Source of the DNA: Acanthaster planci | Lineage: Eukaryota | Direction: 5' to 3' | DNA length: 64,000 nt | Assembly: GCF_001949145.1 (NCBI RefSeq) | Contig: NW_019091355.1 | Span: 5,729,068-5,793,067, forward strand | Part shown: positions 25,313-38,498 of the stretch, piece after piece | Numbering within the stretch: the stretch's first letter is position 1 | Layout: each line of letters starts with the position of its first letter | Notes under the pieces: model-generated | Database searches by the model: none | The model's input: only the letters and a program-made list of their open reading frames with translations | What the model was told of the DNA's origin: nothing | Made by a program: the position numbers and the translations under genes

Positions 25313-25450
25313 TGGCACAGGTGGCTAGTGCCTGAAATGCTTGGCTCTCACCACTGTATGTCTTGGATTCGATTGCCAGCTTGGGCCACGCTCTGCATGT
25401 GAGTAGAGTTGGTTGTTGGTTCTCCCCTGTGCTACAAGGGTTTTTCTCAT
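25313..25450 (+). mobile_element. tRNA-derived SINE remnant in CYP intron 2
   Basis: A-box-like ggtggctagtg and B-box-like ggattcgattgcc, then catgtgag..gttggttctc...gggtttttctc resembling the conserved core of invertebrate/V-type SINEs. Confidence 0.5.
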
Positions 25451-25769
25451 ATAGTATGTAGAGTGCCCTCCTATTGTGTCTGCCATGCTTCTTAAAGGCT
25501 TATTGTTCATGCACTGGGAACATCTTGTAGTTTTGGTTTTGTGCAAGACAAAGTATACAAGATCTTTGCTTTGACGGTTAATAAACACTGTTATTGTGAA
25601 CTCAAAACATGAAAACAACTCAACGGAATGAAAGCTGCAATAAATTAAAAACTTAATATTTAACCAATTAGGTAAAATAGCAGGAAAAAACAGTCACATG
25701 TTCCACATGTACCTTCACAACAAATGCATAAGCCTATACAGGTATGCAATTCTTCTGTGCAAAGTGTAC

Positions 25770-25949
25770 CTGAGTATATGGCTGGTCGACCTGCAAACTC
25801 CACAGCTTTCTTCAGCAGTGCTTCTTTGACAACCTCAACAGTGTTCAGCATAATCACATCCCGATTAGCAAACTTCAGTGAGTAAACAGGCCCATATTTC
25901 TTATGCAGATCACTGAAGACCTCCACCGCAGTTTTATTGGACATAAATG
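25770..25949 (-). CDS. Cytochrome P450, exon 2
   Basis: tttcag acceptor, gtacac donor, 180 nt phase 1/1; KKYGPVYSL...VKEALLKKAVEFAGRP. Confidence 0.94.
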
Positions 25950-28400
25950 CTGAAAAAAATTTGAAAAACCACAACAATTTCACATCAAATGAAAAACGAC
26001 TGTAGGAATTTTATCAAATAATTTTATCAAATAAGTCCGAAATTGCATTAGATTCTTATCTTATGTGTACAAAATCACTCACAATGACAATGTGGTTTGT
26101 GGAAAAGTGATACAGAACTTTCAGTACTCACCTACATGTAAATACAGAGGTGACAGTGACACTGCCCTGAATGTTTACAGGATTAATTTTGTGGAAAAAC
26201 GTACATGTAGTTTTTAAGGAAAATTGTGACAGGTGTCAGATGCAACAACTGCACACAGTACAGCAAACTCAAACATAACAGCCAGCAGATTTATAAGCTA
26301 ATTTGATAGACCATTGCTAGAAGGGAAACCTACACTTCACTGCTGACTGGTCAGTTTACTGAATCAAAAAACGATAACCACCAAAACTTTCAAAAAGGAG
26401 AACTGAACAGCATCCCAGTTACTGGATCTGGAGTTACCCACAATGCCACTGTACACTGCACATATTTGAACCACATGTAGACAGACTATACGGAAAGAGT
26501 TCCATATGTATATGGACAACATTACATGTAATTTTCCCTTGAAAAGTTGTAACAGCCATCAGAAAGTGATAACATGTCCTAACAAGTGAAATTTAGGTAA
26601 GAAAATTCTGAAGCATTTACATGTACTTAGAAAACACTTGGGTTTTTTCAGACAAGTCTCAAAGGTTTGTGCAAGGTTATACTCAAACTCCTGCAAGGAT
26701 AGGCACACCAACAAGGCAGTTTTATTGTGTGTGCATATGTCTCTTGCCACAGCTTCAATTTTAATCAACGTTTAACTGTTTATCCGGAATACCAATACCA
26801 CAGCTTTAGGGCAAACCGGATTAAGAAAACAAGCAATCTCAACAAAGATCACTATAGGCCGTACCCATGACCACCAACACATCAACAGTGGTTGTGATAC
26901 CCAAGGCCACAACTCAGATATAGTGATAGCCAATGACCACTATTCACCAATACACCAACAGCTGTTGTGTAATCATATTAGAGCAAACAAAAATGTACTA
27001 GAACTATTAAGGTGTAAAGCACATGCAATCTTTTAGGCACCTGTCTACAATAATGAAGCTGTAAAAAAATCACATGGCAAATGTGGTAAACTCTACATGT
27101 AGTTCCTTCCACTGGCACCTGTAGAGGGGAATAGCCCATGTGGTACATCACTGCCCATGAATCTACGGCAAAATATATGGACTATATTCAATAAACCTGA
27201 ATCTGCCCGTGTGGCACATCACGGGGAACAAAATTGGGCAACACAAAGTATGGAATAATGGAGCTCGACCTCTTCTGGGGCCCTAAATTCCGTAAACTTG
27301 CTTAATTATCGTGCCTCATAATCCCGTACACAAATCAAGGCATCCAGGAGGAATGACTGGGGAGGAAGCGGGAAAATAATGCAACAGTTCAACGTTGATG
27401 TTTCTTGATTGAAGCTGCGACAATAAATGAGGCAACCCGAGCTGTCTGCATGGCGTGGTTGCCATTTCCCACCATGACCAGCGACTCTTGCTTTGATTAG
27501 CTGCTGAAGGATCCTCCCTCGGCCTCAACTAATGTTTTTTACAAGTTTGATTACTCCTACCACGTCAGCAATGCCTGTAAGGCCTAAAATTTGGCATGAT
27601 AGTGCAACACGCACCGCGAACAGCGTGCGGCTACTTTGTGCCAATCCTGTAAGTTCACCCTTCGGGTCACTCCCCGCTGACCTTTCCGTTGAGTATAATG
27701 AATTTTACCTGCTATGCGGTAAAATATGTTGTTAGATTTACATAAAATGTCATACTTGTCCCCTTTTAATTTAAACTTGCTGGCATTTATGACACTTCAA
27801 ATCTGGAAAGGTCTGATATGCAATACATGTACATGTATGCCCCCCAAAAGGCACTGGGCATGCCTACTTGCTCGGGTATTGTGTACATGTACTTGGGGAC
27901 CCCAGTTTTTTACATTTTAATCTTGCAAAACTGATAAGTCCCCCCCCCAAAAAAAAAACAAAAGCAGCACTCTCCTTATACTTAACTAGCAATGACCCCA
28001 TTTCTTGGAAATTTCAAATTGTAAATTGTGAGAAAATGCGACTTTCTTATTGATAAACTAACCATGCAAATTTGAATCCACCATTTGTCATGTGTTAAAA
28101 CACAGTTTTCCCTTAGCCCAGGTGGACTCCCTGATGGTACTACAGTATGTAATGAAATGAAGACAACGTCAAACCTGGCCTAAGTTTCCCCTCCAAGTTT
28201 CCCTCAAAACCCTGCCCTTTTTTGACAACATCCCGACATGTACACTCACCACATACAGCATGATGTCAAAGTCAACTCCCAAGGTGAATTCATAAGTTAA
28301 AATGCAGCTCACCCTTCTATATTCCACAAATTTACAATCCCCACTTGTCCACAAACCCCGATACAACTGTTCTGAAAAGGGCTGATTTAATTTAACTCAC

Positions 28401-28551
28401 CGGTGACATTCCCCAATAAGGGCACTGCAAAGGGTCCGGGGGGAAAGTTAGCAGGTCGCTTCGTGCTCCTGTACAACGCATAGGCAGCAAGTGTACACAC
28501 TGCTACCAAAACTGTGGTAGCATTCACGTAAAAGTCACCCAAAATAGCCAT
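28401..28551 (-). CDS. Cytochrome P450, first coding exon (ER anchor and proline-rich hinge)
   Basis: MAILGDFYVNATTVLVAVCTLAAYALYRSTKRPANFPPGPFAVPLLGNVT (hydrophobic anchor, PPGP hinge), G|gtgagt donor; the 9 exons sum to 1521 nt = 506 aa + stop. Confidence 0.93.
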
Positions 28552-28869
28552 TTTTCATCCAATTACATGAATTCTGATACTGTCAAGCTGGCAAACGCAA
28601 ATTAAAACCTAGAACTCGAGAATGAGCAAGTTTTATGATCACGCAGGATAGAGTAGAACATTAATCGTGTCTGCCAACACAGCCAGCGTCGAGACGCGCA
28701 CATATGTATGACGTCACCCACATTCGACATGCAACGTACACAGAAATTACATTTGTACGTGTGCTCATCGTTTAATTTTAACCAGCTTGTTTACTTAAAA
28801 TAAGCTGGTTAAACGATATGCGCACGTACATGCACATGTACACATTACCACCATGCGAAATACACGTAC

Positions 28870-30965
28870 CGATCCTATGAAATATTCTAACTTCTAAGGC
28901 TCACTTTTTATGCATCTTTATACTTTTCTTCCTGCATATTTACTATCCAGAAAGCGGGACAAAACTTCAGCAAGTGGTGGAGGAACATTAGCCTCATACA
29001 TATACATGAGCCTCTCAGTGCAAGCTGCAGGGTGTCATCCATTTAATGATTCTGACGTTGAAAGTTCCATATGTGGTGTGAGATCAAACTTAACACCAGC
29101 AAAGACAAGCTCCTTGTTGGTCTTCACTACCGCAGCCCCAACATCACACACGAAAACAACGAGAGGTTTTTTTTAGAATGTAAACAATAGCCACATCTTG
29201 GTCCTTTGAGACTTTACTTAGTTAAATCAGTTGGTCTTATGGTCAAGTCCGGGTAGGCGATGAGCACTCAGCAAGCATCTTCTACGACAAAGTAGGTACA
29301 GGACTCATACTTAACACAACAGGTTGAAATACCAACAAGAAACAGAGAAGGACAAGTACCCTCAACATTAAATTTTATTCTCACCAACGAAGACTTTATG
29401 GTAGAGAACTTAGAGGAGGTTGCACCACTTTGGAAAAGTGATCACACAGGACCGGTAGGGACCCATGTGTGCAATTCTAGTACAGGTGGACATGGAGCAA
29501 GCTTGAATTACATTAAGGGCAGCTACAGCCAAATGAGACAAGAAGATTTTCATAAAGTGGCCTGGGGGACAGAGATGGATAGTCTTGACCTTGAGGAATC
29601 TTGACAGTTTTTAAGAGATAATACAACCAGGTCGTTGAAGAACATATCCCACTGAGAAGAAACTCGAGCCATCGTGGATGTGTTCTAAGGTAAAGAAATC
29701 TATCAAGACTCAGTACAGCCTGTATGGAAGGTAAAGGAAGTCTGGACATTACAAGTACCAAGATTACGGGAATACAAAAAGCAGAACAACATACAAGACA
29801 AGAAAAACTTGTATGTGGAGTACAAACTTAATATAAAAAAAAGCTCATGAAGGAGTTCAAGAGTAAGCCAAAAGCTTTCTACAGGCAGACAGAACCAGAA
29901 GGTGAACGGTGGGAGTTCCATAACTTGAAAAGGTCGATAGATCGTTAATTGCACCGGACGAGGAAGCAGCTGAGGAACTGAGTAAATTTTTCCAATCAGT
30001 CTACATCAAGGAACTAGAGGGAGGCCCCCAAAACTGGACAAGGTTTTTGATGTTGACCTGGAAGGTGTTTCATTCACCCTAGAAGTCATGATAAATTAGA
30101 CAAGTTAAGGTCAAGATGTCCGGTGCCTGACAGCATACATCCTCAACTGAGTTCCGAAAGAGTGTAGCCAAAAAATTGCCACTCCACTTCTACATCATAT
30201 TTAGGGAATTTCTTGATGCAGGGAAACTACCAACTGACTGGAAAACAGCAAGAGTGACACCAATTCTCAAGAAAGGTAGCAAAACAAAACAAAAAACGGG
30301 GAATTAGGGTCTCACCTGCTTCCCATGCAAGATCCTTGAAACAATCGTCAAGAACATAATATTATTACATATAGAAGAGTAAAGTGCTCTATCTCACCAA
30401 CCGTATTGGTTTACAAAAGGCAAATTCTGTCTGACAAACCTGCTTGAGACAATTGCTGGAAGAAGTTACTGCAAATCTAGATCAAGGTCTGGGAGTGGAT
30501 ATAATTTTCCTTGACTACGGCGAAGCTTTTGATTCAGTACCTCACAAAAGGTTAATCAACAAGTTAAGAGCATATGGGTGTAGAGGCAAGATTCAACTTT
30601 GGATACAAGCCACTTTTATGGGAAGAACCCAGTCCATGTCAATGAGAAATGCAGCCTCGTCTGATGCAGATGTGTTGAGCGGTGTGCCCCAGGGTTCAGT
30701 GCCGGGACCGCTTTTATTCATCCTGTACACGATCTGCCAAGTCATGTCAAATCCGATATTGTTTGCCGACGATATCAAAATGTTCACTCCGGTTAATACC
30801 CAGGATGGTGCATCAAAGTTACAGCATAGCATTGAAGCGGTCCCAAAACTGGCTGCTTAGTTCAATGCAGGGAAATGTAAAACAATGCACTTGGGAAGGA
30901 ATAATCCAGAAGTTGACTACTACATGGAAGGAATGAAACTGGATACCATTGATTAGGAAAAAGTA
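28870..30965 (+). mobile_element. Decayed CR1-clade LINE ORF2 (APE endonuclease and reverse transcriptase)
   Basis: Frameshifted motifs in the expected order: RKRDK..GGG.L..YI, LLVGLHYRSP, KSDH (APE); then DWKTARVTPILKKG, LDYGEAFDSVPH, SGVPQGSVPGPLLF, LFADD, FNAGKCKTMHLG (RT). Confidence 0.9.
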
Positions 30966-31397
30966 ACTGAAATAAGTAACGATATTGTCCAAAACATTGT
31001 CACCCTCACTTGGGTGCAGTAACTAGTTGTAACGAGTTATTAATGACCGGGGTTTGTCCAGGTCACTGAAATCACCAAGGACGATCAAATTAACTTCAGG
31101 ATGCTACGATTGGATAGAGTCTTTTGTTAAAAGGAGGCTTCCGTTGTTTCATCTTTTTGCTGACATTGGGATGGACTGTAGACAGTTGCAAGTAATACTG
31201 CAAGAATTTGAAAACCAAAAGGTACTATGTCAAACTGGCATGGTTTAGACACATCAATCTTAAATTTCGAAACTGTACAGAAGTTAAATTTTAATTTTTG
31301 TACATCCCATTGTCTTAAGTCTATAAATCGTTTGCAAAATGATGTATGAATGAAGCTACAGTACGAAGCTGTAGTGCACTCACAAGAACGGCTGAGG

Positions 31398-31746
31398 CAT
31401 ACTTGCTAACTCTACCGCTTTGGGCGGTAGACTACTGCTTTTCGTGCATTTTAACCATCTCCCGACTTTCTGCTAAAAGCTACTGCTTCTGATTATTTTT
31501 GTATTCAATTTACACCTGTGTCTCTGAAGTTCCACTTGTGAAACTTTTACATAATTAGCTACTTTGAAAACTGTGCTTACATTGTGAGAGAATGTGCTAA
31601 ATTTGTTCTCAAAATTACACATTTTCCTGCTCTGGAAGCCTCCCAGCCCCTACCCCCGCTTGGTCGCTCTGCACCCTAGCATCTTTCCCTTCGAACTACT
31701 GACGAACATACCACTTTTTCGGTTTTCATCAGTGTTGGTAAGTATG
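31398..31746. mobile_element. Non-autonomous DNA transposon with 6-bp TSD
   Basis: TIR catacttgctaac / gttggtaagtatg; perfect CTGAGG duplication on both flanks; subterminal ctactgct/ctaccgct repeats. Confidence 0.8.
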
Positions 31747-32094
31747 CTGAGGCCTTGTCCAAAATGGGCTTTCAGAGTTACGGCCTTTACTATTGCGAAC
31801 CTGTCTTTTTCACTTCCTATGGGCAAAGGCCTAGATGGCTAGATGCAGACGATTTGGATGCAGTCTGAGCACTCTCCGATCACCTTTTCGTCAAACAACT
31901 TTTTTTCCCAAAGAAATTGAATTTGGAATTTTAACATTTTTACACGTAGAAGAGTTAAGTCCTTTTGAGGGTGAAACTTTTTACTAACTTGGTCGAAGTG
32001 TACACTGTACTATCTTTGAGCTTTTTTTGTTACCAATAGGGGTCGAACGATTGCTGTCTAATGATATTAAATTTTCCCCCTTCTTAAATATATT

Positions 32095-32317
32095 CGCTGC
32101 AAAAACTTGGGTGTTAAATCCCCCCTGGACTACACCAACACTTTTCACTGGTGTTAAAAATTGTAGTGTTATTTGGTGTTACTTTTACCACCTTCAAGTG
32201 TACTGTAACATTTATAGGTGTGCAAAGTAACACCAGTGGTGTTATATTAACACCCTATGGTGTGTTCATCTGATAACACCAAAAAGTGTTGATTTTAACA
32301 CCACAGATTTTGCAGTG
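32095..32317. mobile_element. EnSpm/CACTA-type MITE
   Basis: Termini c(g)ctgcaaaaa / ttttgcagtg, TT dinucleotide on both flanks, dense ggtgtt/aacacc subterminal repeats. Confidence 0.7.
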
Positions 32318-35300
32318 TTTGGTATGTTCTACAATAATCAAGATGTTAAGTTATTTCCTGATATAGTGAGGGTGTTATTATGCCAGTCAATGTTAAGACC
32401 GGCAGCATATTCCGGAAACGTACAGGTGCCCTCTACGTGCACAAGAGAAAAAAAGGGCACCGGGGTTAATTTTTTGTTTGTTTTATTCAACAGCATCCTT
32501 TTTTTTTAAAGCTGACAAGTAAATATTTTCCAGGGTCTTTAATAAAGAAATGCCAATATAAAAACCTGCTATTACTTTGGTCCTTTATCATTGGAAGCGA
32601 GATGCGTATAACAGTACTACAGTAGATGTATATGTACTATGTAATATGACATTTTATAATGCTAAAACAAGGCACCCTCGGAAGGCAAAAGATAATGTGG
32701 AATGCGTATGCGTACAAGGGGGAGGGGTTGGAGCCACTGTGTACGCCATGCGTACGGGAGGGGGTCTGAAAAGTCGACATTACGGTGTGTATAGGGACGG
32801 CCCCATACTGTATGACCTTTCTGATGCATGGGCTACATTGGGGGCTTTTTATACGCTTTGGGAGGAAGAGAAATTTATAAAGGCAAAAACAAAATCGACT
32901 CTCAGTACTTTAATTTAAGAAAAACAATTTTGGCACCGTTTTTCTGGAGGGGACATGGGCCCCTTTGACCCGTATGGGATGCGCCCCAGCTAGCTAGATG
33001 CGTTTGGTGGATGTGCGCTATTGCTCAATCGTGTTGAATCTCCGATCTGAGTTTACGACGCCTAATTCAACAATAAGATCACTAAAAGACATGGTGATGC
33101 AAGGTGGCTGCAGTGGCCGGGACCGACAGAATGTATGTATGTAGGTAGCTATAAGCTTAAGGATGACACAGCGCGATGACACACTGTTTAAGCGGTACCC
33201 AAAACAGTCATGTTTGAAACTGGATTATGTTTGGATCATGTATACTTGAGTCATACGGGTAGGCCTAATCACATGAACACACAGATGGGCGTAGCGAAGG
33301 CATTGGGGGGGGGGCTTGTGCCACTGTCAATTTGCCAACTTGCCTTTACTTGGCCTACTTGTTCGCCAACCTTGTGTTGTATAAAGCAAATCCGTTGTAC
33401 GCTACGTTTTGTGCTTCGGGGGAAATGCCAATGACCAACTTATATCGTTTATGTACCAACTTTGGATTCATTTGCCGATCAAAGCTCTATTTGACGACTC
33501 GAATTAATTATTGGGGGTGCCGCCCCCCTCACACACACCGACGTACACCGGTCGCTGACGCGCTTAGGTGTAAGGTACGGTGTACATAGAATAATTATGT
33601 TTGCATGTATTATAATGTTTTATGTAATACTCAAATGTAAAAATATTCCACTGCGGAGCTTACACATAATACATGCCAAGCTGCACGGTTGTTTCCTTTG
33701 ATTTTTGTTTCGTGTTGCCAAACGTATGTGAATGATTTATTTTGCCTGAAAAACGTTGCTGCAGCAGTAAATAAACTTCTAAAACCAATTACAGCAACTG
33801 AAGAATTAATCAGGAACTTAACTGTTGTGGAAAATATTACAAATTATCGACATGTTCATGTTAGTGGTCAGTGCTTGTCACAGCGTATAACATTGTTGGA
33901 ATCCTTCCTGGGGGATTTCAGACTGACAGATAAATTAACTTGTAAGACGCACTAAGTATACAGTGTTTATGAATACACGTCAGGTAAAGGCACTTTGAAA
34001 AACCAGTAATTAAAATTAACATCTCTCCGACGTAAAGTACGTCTCGAAACAATCTCGCTTTTCTTGATTTTTCTCAAAGCAGTGAATTCACTAAATGAAA
34101 CCAGTCCGCGGAATGATGCAACAAAGTTCATGACAATTCCCCAAATTGGCCGATTTTGACCAATTGCACTACATTTAACTTCAATTTTGACGTGTGTTTT
34201 GAGAACCAGAAAGACTTTCATTTTTTCCTGATTTGTTGAAGTGAGGGTGTTTATCACGATTGTCTATGACAACTTATTTTAATACAGGTCTGTGGATCCA
34301 TACACGCAAGCACTTTGCTTGTTTTGGACCACCATCGAACCTTAAGGCCCTCCAGGTGGAACAACGAAATATTGGAAGGGCGCCCCCTTTTGCGAAAGTC
34401 CGAAAGCTTAAGACACGCTGTTGTGAATTTCAGTCGAAATTGAGTCCGTTGTATTGATGCTTAGAAACTGTTTTCACTCGAAACACAACTTCGACGAACT
34501 TTTTGCAAAACTAAGAAACTTGTCGTACATTATCAAGTGTACGACTATAGACGGCGTTATGATACATGTACTTAATACAATGGGAGCAGGTAAGTGAGCT
34601 GCAAAGAAATATTTGGAGAGGGCAATCAAAAAGGTCTCCCTAGTTATTTCAAAACATTGAGCGAGTGCAGCACATGCGGAGATGAATGATTTAGAGGCTG
34701 TAATACAAGTTAATTTATCAAACCGTTTCTGGATAAGTTGGCTTTGACTGGAAATACTGCGCCCCACATACGGTAGCTGTTAAATAGCTTGAGGATTTTG
34801 CCATGTTATCGCCGGACACGCATGGTATGGTAGGATTATAGACCGTGTCTGTAACACTTGGCTGCGCGGCTTTGAATTCCGGACAAATCTGTGCCTGTAG
34901 CTGCAGTCAGTTCTCATACACTTGAGCGTGATTTCAAACCGCAGTCGAGTTATCCGTACATGGTCATATAGAAAAAAAAATGTCAGGAGGAGGTAGATAA
35001 ACTTTGGGCCGGGTGCGGTGCTTACGGTCCCCCGATAGCAGCCGCACAGGGTCAACTTCAACCTTTGGGCAATTTTTTTCTGGTGGCAGGATTGGTTTTG
35101 TACACAGTATCGGGGAAGATCGACAAGTGGTCGAAAATACTCGTCGCTAGAACTTGCCCAAGTTTGAAGGGCGTCTCGCTTTCATCTCCCTTGCTCCGAA
35201 GCTTGGATCAAGATTGATTATAGTATCCTATTCGTCAAGTTGGGTTTAACCATGGATGAAGGTTGGCTTTTTTCCAATAAAAAGTGAAACACGCAACCAG

Positions 35301-36779
35301 GCCACTTTAGTCTTCATGTAATGTGAGGCAATTAGCAGGGACAGTTCTGCCGGGGGGGGGCTGGAGGGGCTTCAACCCCCCCCCCCTGCAAAAATAAAAA
35401 GAAAAGAAAAAAGGGTGGAAAATATTGGATTCGTAGTAGAGACAGTTAAAAGGTGACGTCACGTTCGATGGGTCCAGCCCCCCCGGCCTTACTGAAGCCG
35501 CGTCCAAATTAGCTTTGGTAACTTGCTTGAACCGCTACATGTGGGTTCCATGGTACAGGCACATGCCATGTAACAAGCTTTACTGGAGGGCCAGCTGTCA
35601 TTGTCAATCTCTGCTATGCCAACTCTGTGTACAGCTAGACTTTTGTCACGTCTACTTTCATCTTCTCACATTTGGCAACTTAGTCTATTCTTTGTTAAAA
35701 TCTCCGTCAGAAGTCGATAACGACAAGCCCGATAAATCATGTAAATCTCAGAAAACATGTATCCGGGCGTAGCTCACAGCACACTTGAAATTTGCGTGAC
35801 CTGACAAACATGCCATTCCTATTAAGCGCCTTGAATGAAGGCCACAAGGCGACGGCAAGAACCGCGCCGGATGACCACGTAAGCAACGTGCTTCCAGGAT
35901 GCCCTGCATAACAGTCAACCAGCTACTGAGCTACTGACTGTGACCGGTCCCCATGCCCAGTTGGCAAACAGATCGCCAACGCTGAGCCTAGAGCATGCTC
36001 CCAGATCTTCATCTCCCTAGCTTTGACGACAGGACACTCTCCTCCCCCCATAACGTCCCTGGAAGCTCCACACAACCCCTCTACATGAAGTGCTGACCGA
36101 TCTGTCTTGACAAGTCGGCTTTTGCAAGCTTTGTCCGAGCATGGAGGAATAAGTCCGAGTTTGCATTTTAACCAGTCACAGTCAACCAGATCACAGTACA
36201 GCGTACTCCAAATAAATTACATATCCGGCTTGCACTGAACACAGCAGTAAGAGTTAGTCAAGCACCAAAGCGGTAGCCTAGACCTAGAGAGTAGCGTCAC
36301 TGGAAAGTGTGGATGAATCGAGCACTGACTGTTTGAGGATTAAAGCTTGTGGCGTCTGCAGATCAACTTGGTGATAAAAAGCCCCATGACTGAGTGGTGG
36401 AAGGTGCTAAGCCGTATTCAGAGTGAAACCCCACCGAGGACAAACACTTCGTACCTGTGTCAATTGCCACACGACCGGCTGACTGGTTTGACTGACAGTT
36501 GGAAGAGATTGTATCAGGCAACTTGATGGCTTTTCATATTGAAACGGCCATGACGGCTCCACTCTTTTAATCCCAAGGACACACAGGCCAAAGCCACTGT
36601 AGCGCAAATTACTTCAACCACAAATTAATGCTACCCGGAAAACACTAGCCTTCGTTTCTTGTTTCTTCAGAGCCTCTTCAACATACATCGGACATATAGG
36701 TGCAGATGGTTTGCTCCAATCACTGCTGTTGATGGTCAAGATAATGAACAACGCTGCCGTTGCCTCTCGCCGTCTCAGT

Positions 36780-37151
36780 TTTGCGCAAAGCCCAGATCAC
36801 CTGTGTGTCATGTGACGGAGCCCTGCCTGCACGCGCTGTCTGCACTTTCACCGTCTATTAGCCATACACCAGCCTCAGCAGTTGGGGAGATATAAGATCG
36901 CATTCCACTGGAGCATCGTAAAACTTCACAACGCGGGGCTAGCGGCTTATCATCCAGCCAGCCGGACAGTCCACCAGGAGACCGCCGGGAGTTTTGTTTC
37001 TATTCTATTTGCAGTAATTGTCCCTGTGGAGTTGTCATTCTAAAGTGAAGTCTGCCCATTCACTCCAAGCCTCGTAGAAAGTGCACATCTAACTTACATC
37101 TCACCGCTGCGTTTGACTTGACTTATCATTATCAGCATCACCACTAGAATT
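36780..37151 (+). promoter_or_regulatory. Putative BMP1/tolloid core promoter and 5'UTR
   Basis: TATA-like TATAAG at 36891-36896 in a CpG-rich context; no ATG between about 36900 and the start codon at 37152. Confidence 0.45.
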
Positions 37152-37386
37152 ATGGTGGGCCTAGGGGTGCAAAACCTGAATCTGCACGACCGGGGGTTTG
37201 CCCTCTGCATGTGTTTACTTCCCTGTTTGATCCTGTTGGTCCTACACGTTCACTTGGGTTCTGCTCACGATCCTAAAGATGGGATGAAGTTGTTCCGTCG
37301 CCATCATATTGAAGGCAAAGCAGAGGACGAACCAATCTTCTGGGAATCAAGCTTCACCGAAGAGTTTGCCGATCCATGTAAAGCTG
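37152..37386 (+). CDS. BMP1: BMP1/tolloid-like astacin metalloprotease, exon 1 (signal peptide and start of prodomain)
   Basis: Hydrophobic signal sequence (FALCMCLLPCLILLVLHVHLGSA), ends in DPCKA with a G|gtgag donor; joins exon 2 to give DPCKADGFLGDIAL, the conserved BMP1/TLL prodomain motif. Confidence 0.9.
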
Positions 37387-38498
37387 GTGAGAATTCCAAA
37401 ATTGTGGTTTTGAGGGTTTGAGCATACGTGGGTAAAACTACTCTGTAAATCTTTTTATGAACCCACGTTTATACCACGACAAGTTTATTGAAATTCGTTT
37501 AAACCATGACATACTTATTGAAATGCATTTAGGAATATGTTTAAATGCGCCAAGGTTGTGAAATCCGCTTAGCAGTTAAACACATTCCTGAACGCAATTC
37601 AATAAACATGTCTTGGATTAAACACGTTAAAAAAGTGGGTACAAAAAGTGTTTAGAAATGTGTTCAAACTTAAAGCGCCTTTTTATTGTGTATGAAAAAC
37701 CAATCTCAATACATGTAAAACAAAGGATTTTCAGAAAGTTCATTCATCATTTCTCCATGTAGTCTGACGTGTTTAACCTAAAATCTCGTATAATTTTTGT
37801 GGTTGGGTCAGTGGTCACAAAGTTGATTCGACAGATGCCATACGATAAATATGAATTAAGTTAAGCGACAAGATCTCGTCCAGTTTGGTTACGATTTAGG
37901 AAACTGGTTTCACAGAGGACATTGAGGGCAAGACTTACCTAAATATTTATACCGTCGATATATGTACGGTGTTGACAAACTCATGTGACAAAAGACAGCG
38001 CGTATAGCGAAAACAAGTGCAAGATATCAAGGCAAAATTATTTCAAGAGTGATGATCTGAGTGATAGCGATAAAACTGAAATGATTTCCATGACTGTGCC
38101 TAGCCTATGGACCGTCATGGCCATAATTAATGCATAAGTTTACAACAGGCGAGCTCAAATTAAACTTGGAGAAGTTAACTGAAGGCTTGAACTTTCAGCG
38201 TCGTAACTTTTCTCACCTGCAGCAGGGCGACTTTTATTATATAAATAAATAGATGATTCAAGTATGCGAATCTTTATTTTTAAAGCTGTACCGGTGAGTT
38301 CTTAGCCTTCTGAATTTATGATGCCCGTAAATATTTCCCGCGACACTGCTTTGACAAACAGGTTTAATATCAAACTGAAGAAAATAGCCTACATGAACAT
38401 GGGTAATGCAGCCAACATTTTCCGAGTATACCGACACAAACCCAGGGCGTAAAGTCGTTGCTTGCTAAACGCACCTTTTAATTTTACAATGTGTTTTG

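Noticed and set aside
25313..25385. tRNA gene
   Set aside because: The A/B boxes are degenerate, no cloverleaf can be built, and SINE core sequence follows
30444..30860. Stand-alone reverse transcriptase gene (retron, DGR or domesticated RT)
   Set aside because: It is part of a frameshifted CR1-type LINE ORF2 with upstream APE motifs and multiple stops
33280..35510. Several G/C-run-containing MITE-like remnants and short ORFs
   Set aside because: Termini and TSDs could not be defined reliably by eye, and the ORFs show no protein similarity I recognise
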